Below are positions 62,856 to 64,000 of a stretch of DNA of 64,000 nucleotides, one piece after another. This DNA is from Syncephalis fuscata S228 (Eukaryota > Fungi > Zoopagomycota). The stretch lies in the NCBI GenBank assembly GCA_025786725.1, contig JAHLTZ010000002.1, positions 62,001 through 126,000 of the forward strand. The letters run 5' to 3'. Below the pieces are notes generated by a model, which worked only from the letters and a program-made list of their open reading frames with translations, made no database searches and was not told the DNA's origin. A program made the translations under genes and the position numbers. The number at the start of each line of letters is the position of its first letter. Within the stretch, counting starts at the first letter, position 1.

Positions 62856-63809
62856 TTATTTATTTATTTATTTATTTAGCTTGTGGGCCAACGTTTCGTT
62901 GTCTTATTTCCAACGAAGCTTCCCACCTAGAGTGTTATTATTTCACTCTAGTCGGGCTAGACCGCCACGTCTTCACGTGAGCTGGTCTCAATGGCACCAC
63001 GTTGGGGCAATAATCTTTAGGTAGTATTCAGTGTTAAATACTAGTCTATTAATTTTGTCCCAATTTTTAGTCAGATCTTTCGACCCGACTATAGCCGCGA
63101 AGCCAGTGTGTGGCTGGTCTTCGGCTATTATTCCTGGACCTTCTGAGTGGGCTGGGGGGTGTGCTGTTGATTGGCTGGTTTCCATTGGCTGTATTGTGTT
63201 GTTCCTATTGGCCCATATTCCCAATACCGATTTCACTCTTTTACATCTTGGTATCCAGATTTCATTCTCACAAATTTCAACATGGCTGCCGTTGCAGTGG
63301 CCATGATTTCTTCTCTCTCATCATGATTGAGGGTGAACTGTCTCAAATTATTGATGAGCTTCTCCCTCGAGAGTCCCAGTATAAATCCAGTGTCATTTAT
63401 TGGGTCCACTGGCATTGCGTAGTGTGCCACTTCTTCCACTCTGACTGGCAGTTGGGGTGGATTGGCTCTTATTCGTTTTTCGTTGATTTTTGTTATCGTT
63501 TTGATAGTTTCATTAGAAACTTGTCTTTTTGCCTCTCTGCTTATGTCTTCTGTGTTGGCTTTGCAGTTGACTACATGTTTCCACGTTTCTCTTTTCCCTC
63601 TTCACATCTACAGCATATATCTGTTGGATACCTTTCCACACACCATATATGCTGTCTGGCTAATGTTGGTAGTTGGCCAACTGCCAATTTCCACGCAAAC
63701 TCTTTCTTTTTCCTCTCCTTGTGGTTCTCTTCTGGTGTATGCTTTCTTCTTTCACTATCTTTTTCCTTCCCACCTATCGCTGTTACTCTCTTTTGCTTCC
63801 AGGTAGGTG
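62856..63809 (-). mobile_element. 5'-truncated non-LTR retrotransposon (LINE) 3' fragment
   Basis: Minus strand encodes EFAWKLAVGQLPTLAR..YP..CCRCEEGKE(T)WKHVVNC (zf-RVT CCHC) and IWIPRC. (TAAA)n tail at about 62856-62877. Perfect 14-bp direct repeat tctatttacctatt at 62842-62855 and 63810-63823. Confidence 0.85.
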
Positions 63810-64000
63810 TCTATTTACCTATTAATTATCTGGAGCATTGTACTTTATCATATCTTTTATTTATCTATTTCACCTCTTAACACTTTTAAATACAATTAAA
63901 CACTTATTTATTACTATAACGTGTATAATATTACATTCAACAATAACTAATTCATGTGTAATTATTAATACAATAATGTAATTAATTAGTTATTTTTATT

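Noticed and set aside
63110-63880. 256-aa hydrophobic + strand ORF
   Set aside because: It is the antisense shadow of the purine-rich LINE coding strand.

Overview
Eukaryotic, AT-rich, intron-dense fungal DNA with short introns of about 50-100 nt and CTAAC/CTAAT branch points. Gene content (SCAI, SOSS-B1, MMAB, a U12-type intron) points to an early-diverging fungus, probably a Syncephalis-like Zoopagomycota mycoparasite (inference). About 20 housekeeping genes are recognisable: tetraspanin, SKT5-like SEL1 protein, SYP1, SOSS-B1, PHO87/91, FCP1, MMAB, GCV1, SCAI, FIRRM-like, COX11, NFU1, PP4R2, NPC2, MGE1, chitin synthase, NBS1 and an Arc1/EMAPII-domain protein. Four things stand out. (1) Five copies of a six-exon, signal-peptide-bearing, kinase-fold gene with degenerate catalytic motifs; four lie in two near-identical 4.37-kb inverted arms (28688-33052 and 48221-52592) that bracket 15.2 kb of housekeeping genes. 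(2) A decayed Fanzor/TnpB-like RuvC gene at about 15640-16080 that the ORF track misses. (3) A 5'-truncated LINE with a perfect 14-bp TSD. (4) A U12-type intron and five GC-AG introns. Many genes carry isolated 1-nt deletions that look like assembly errors. All assignments come from manual motif recognition, not database searches.
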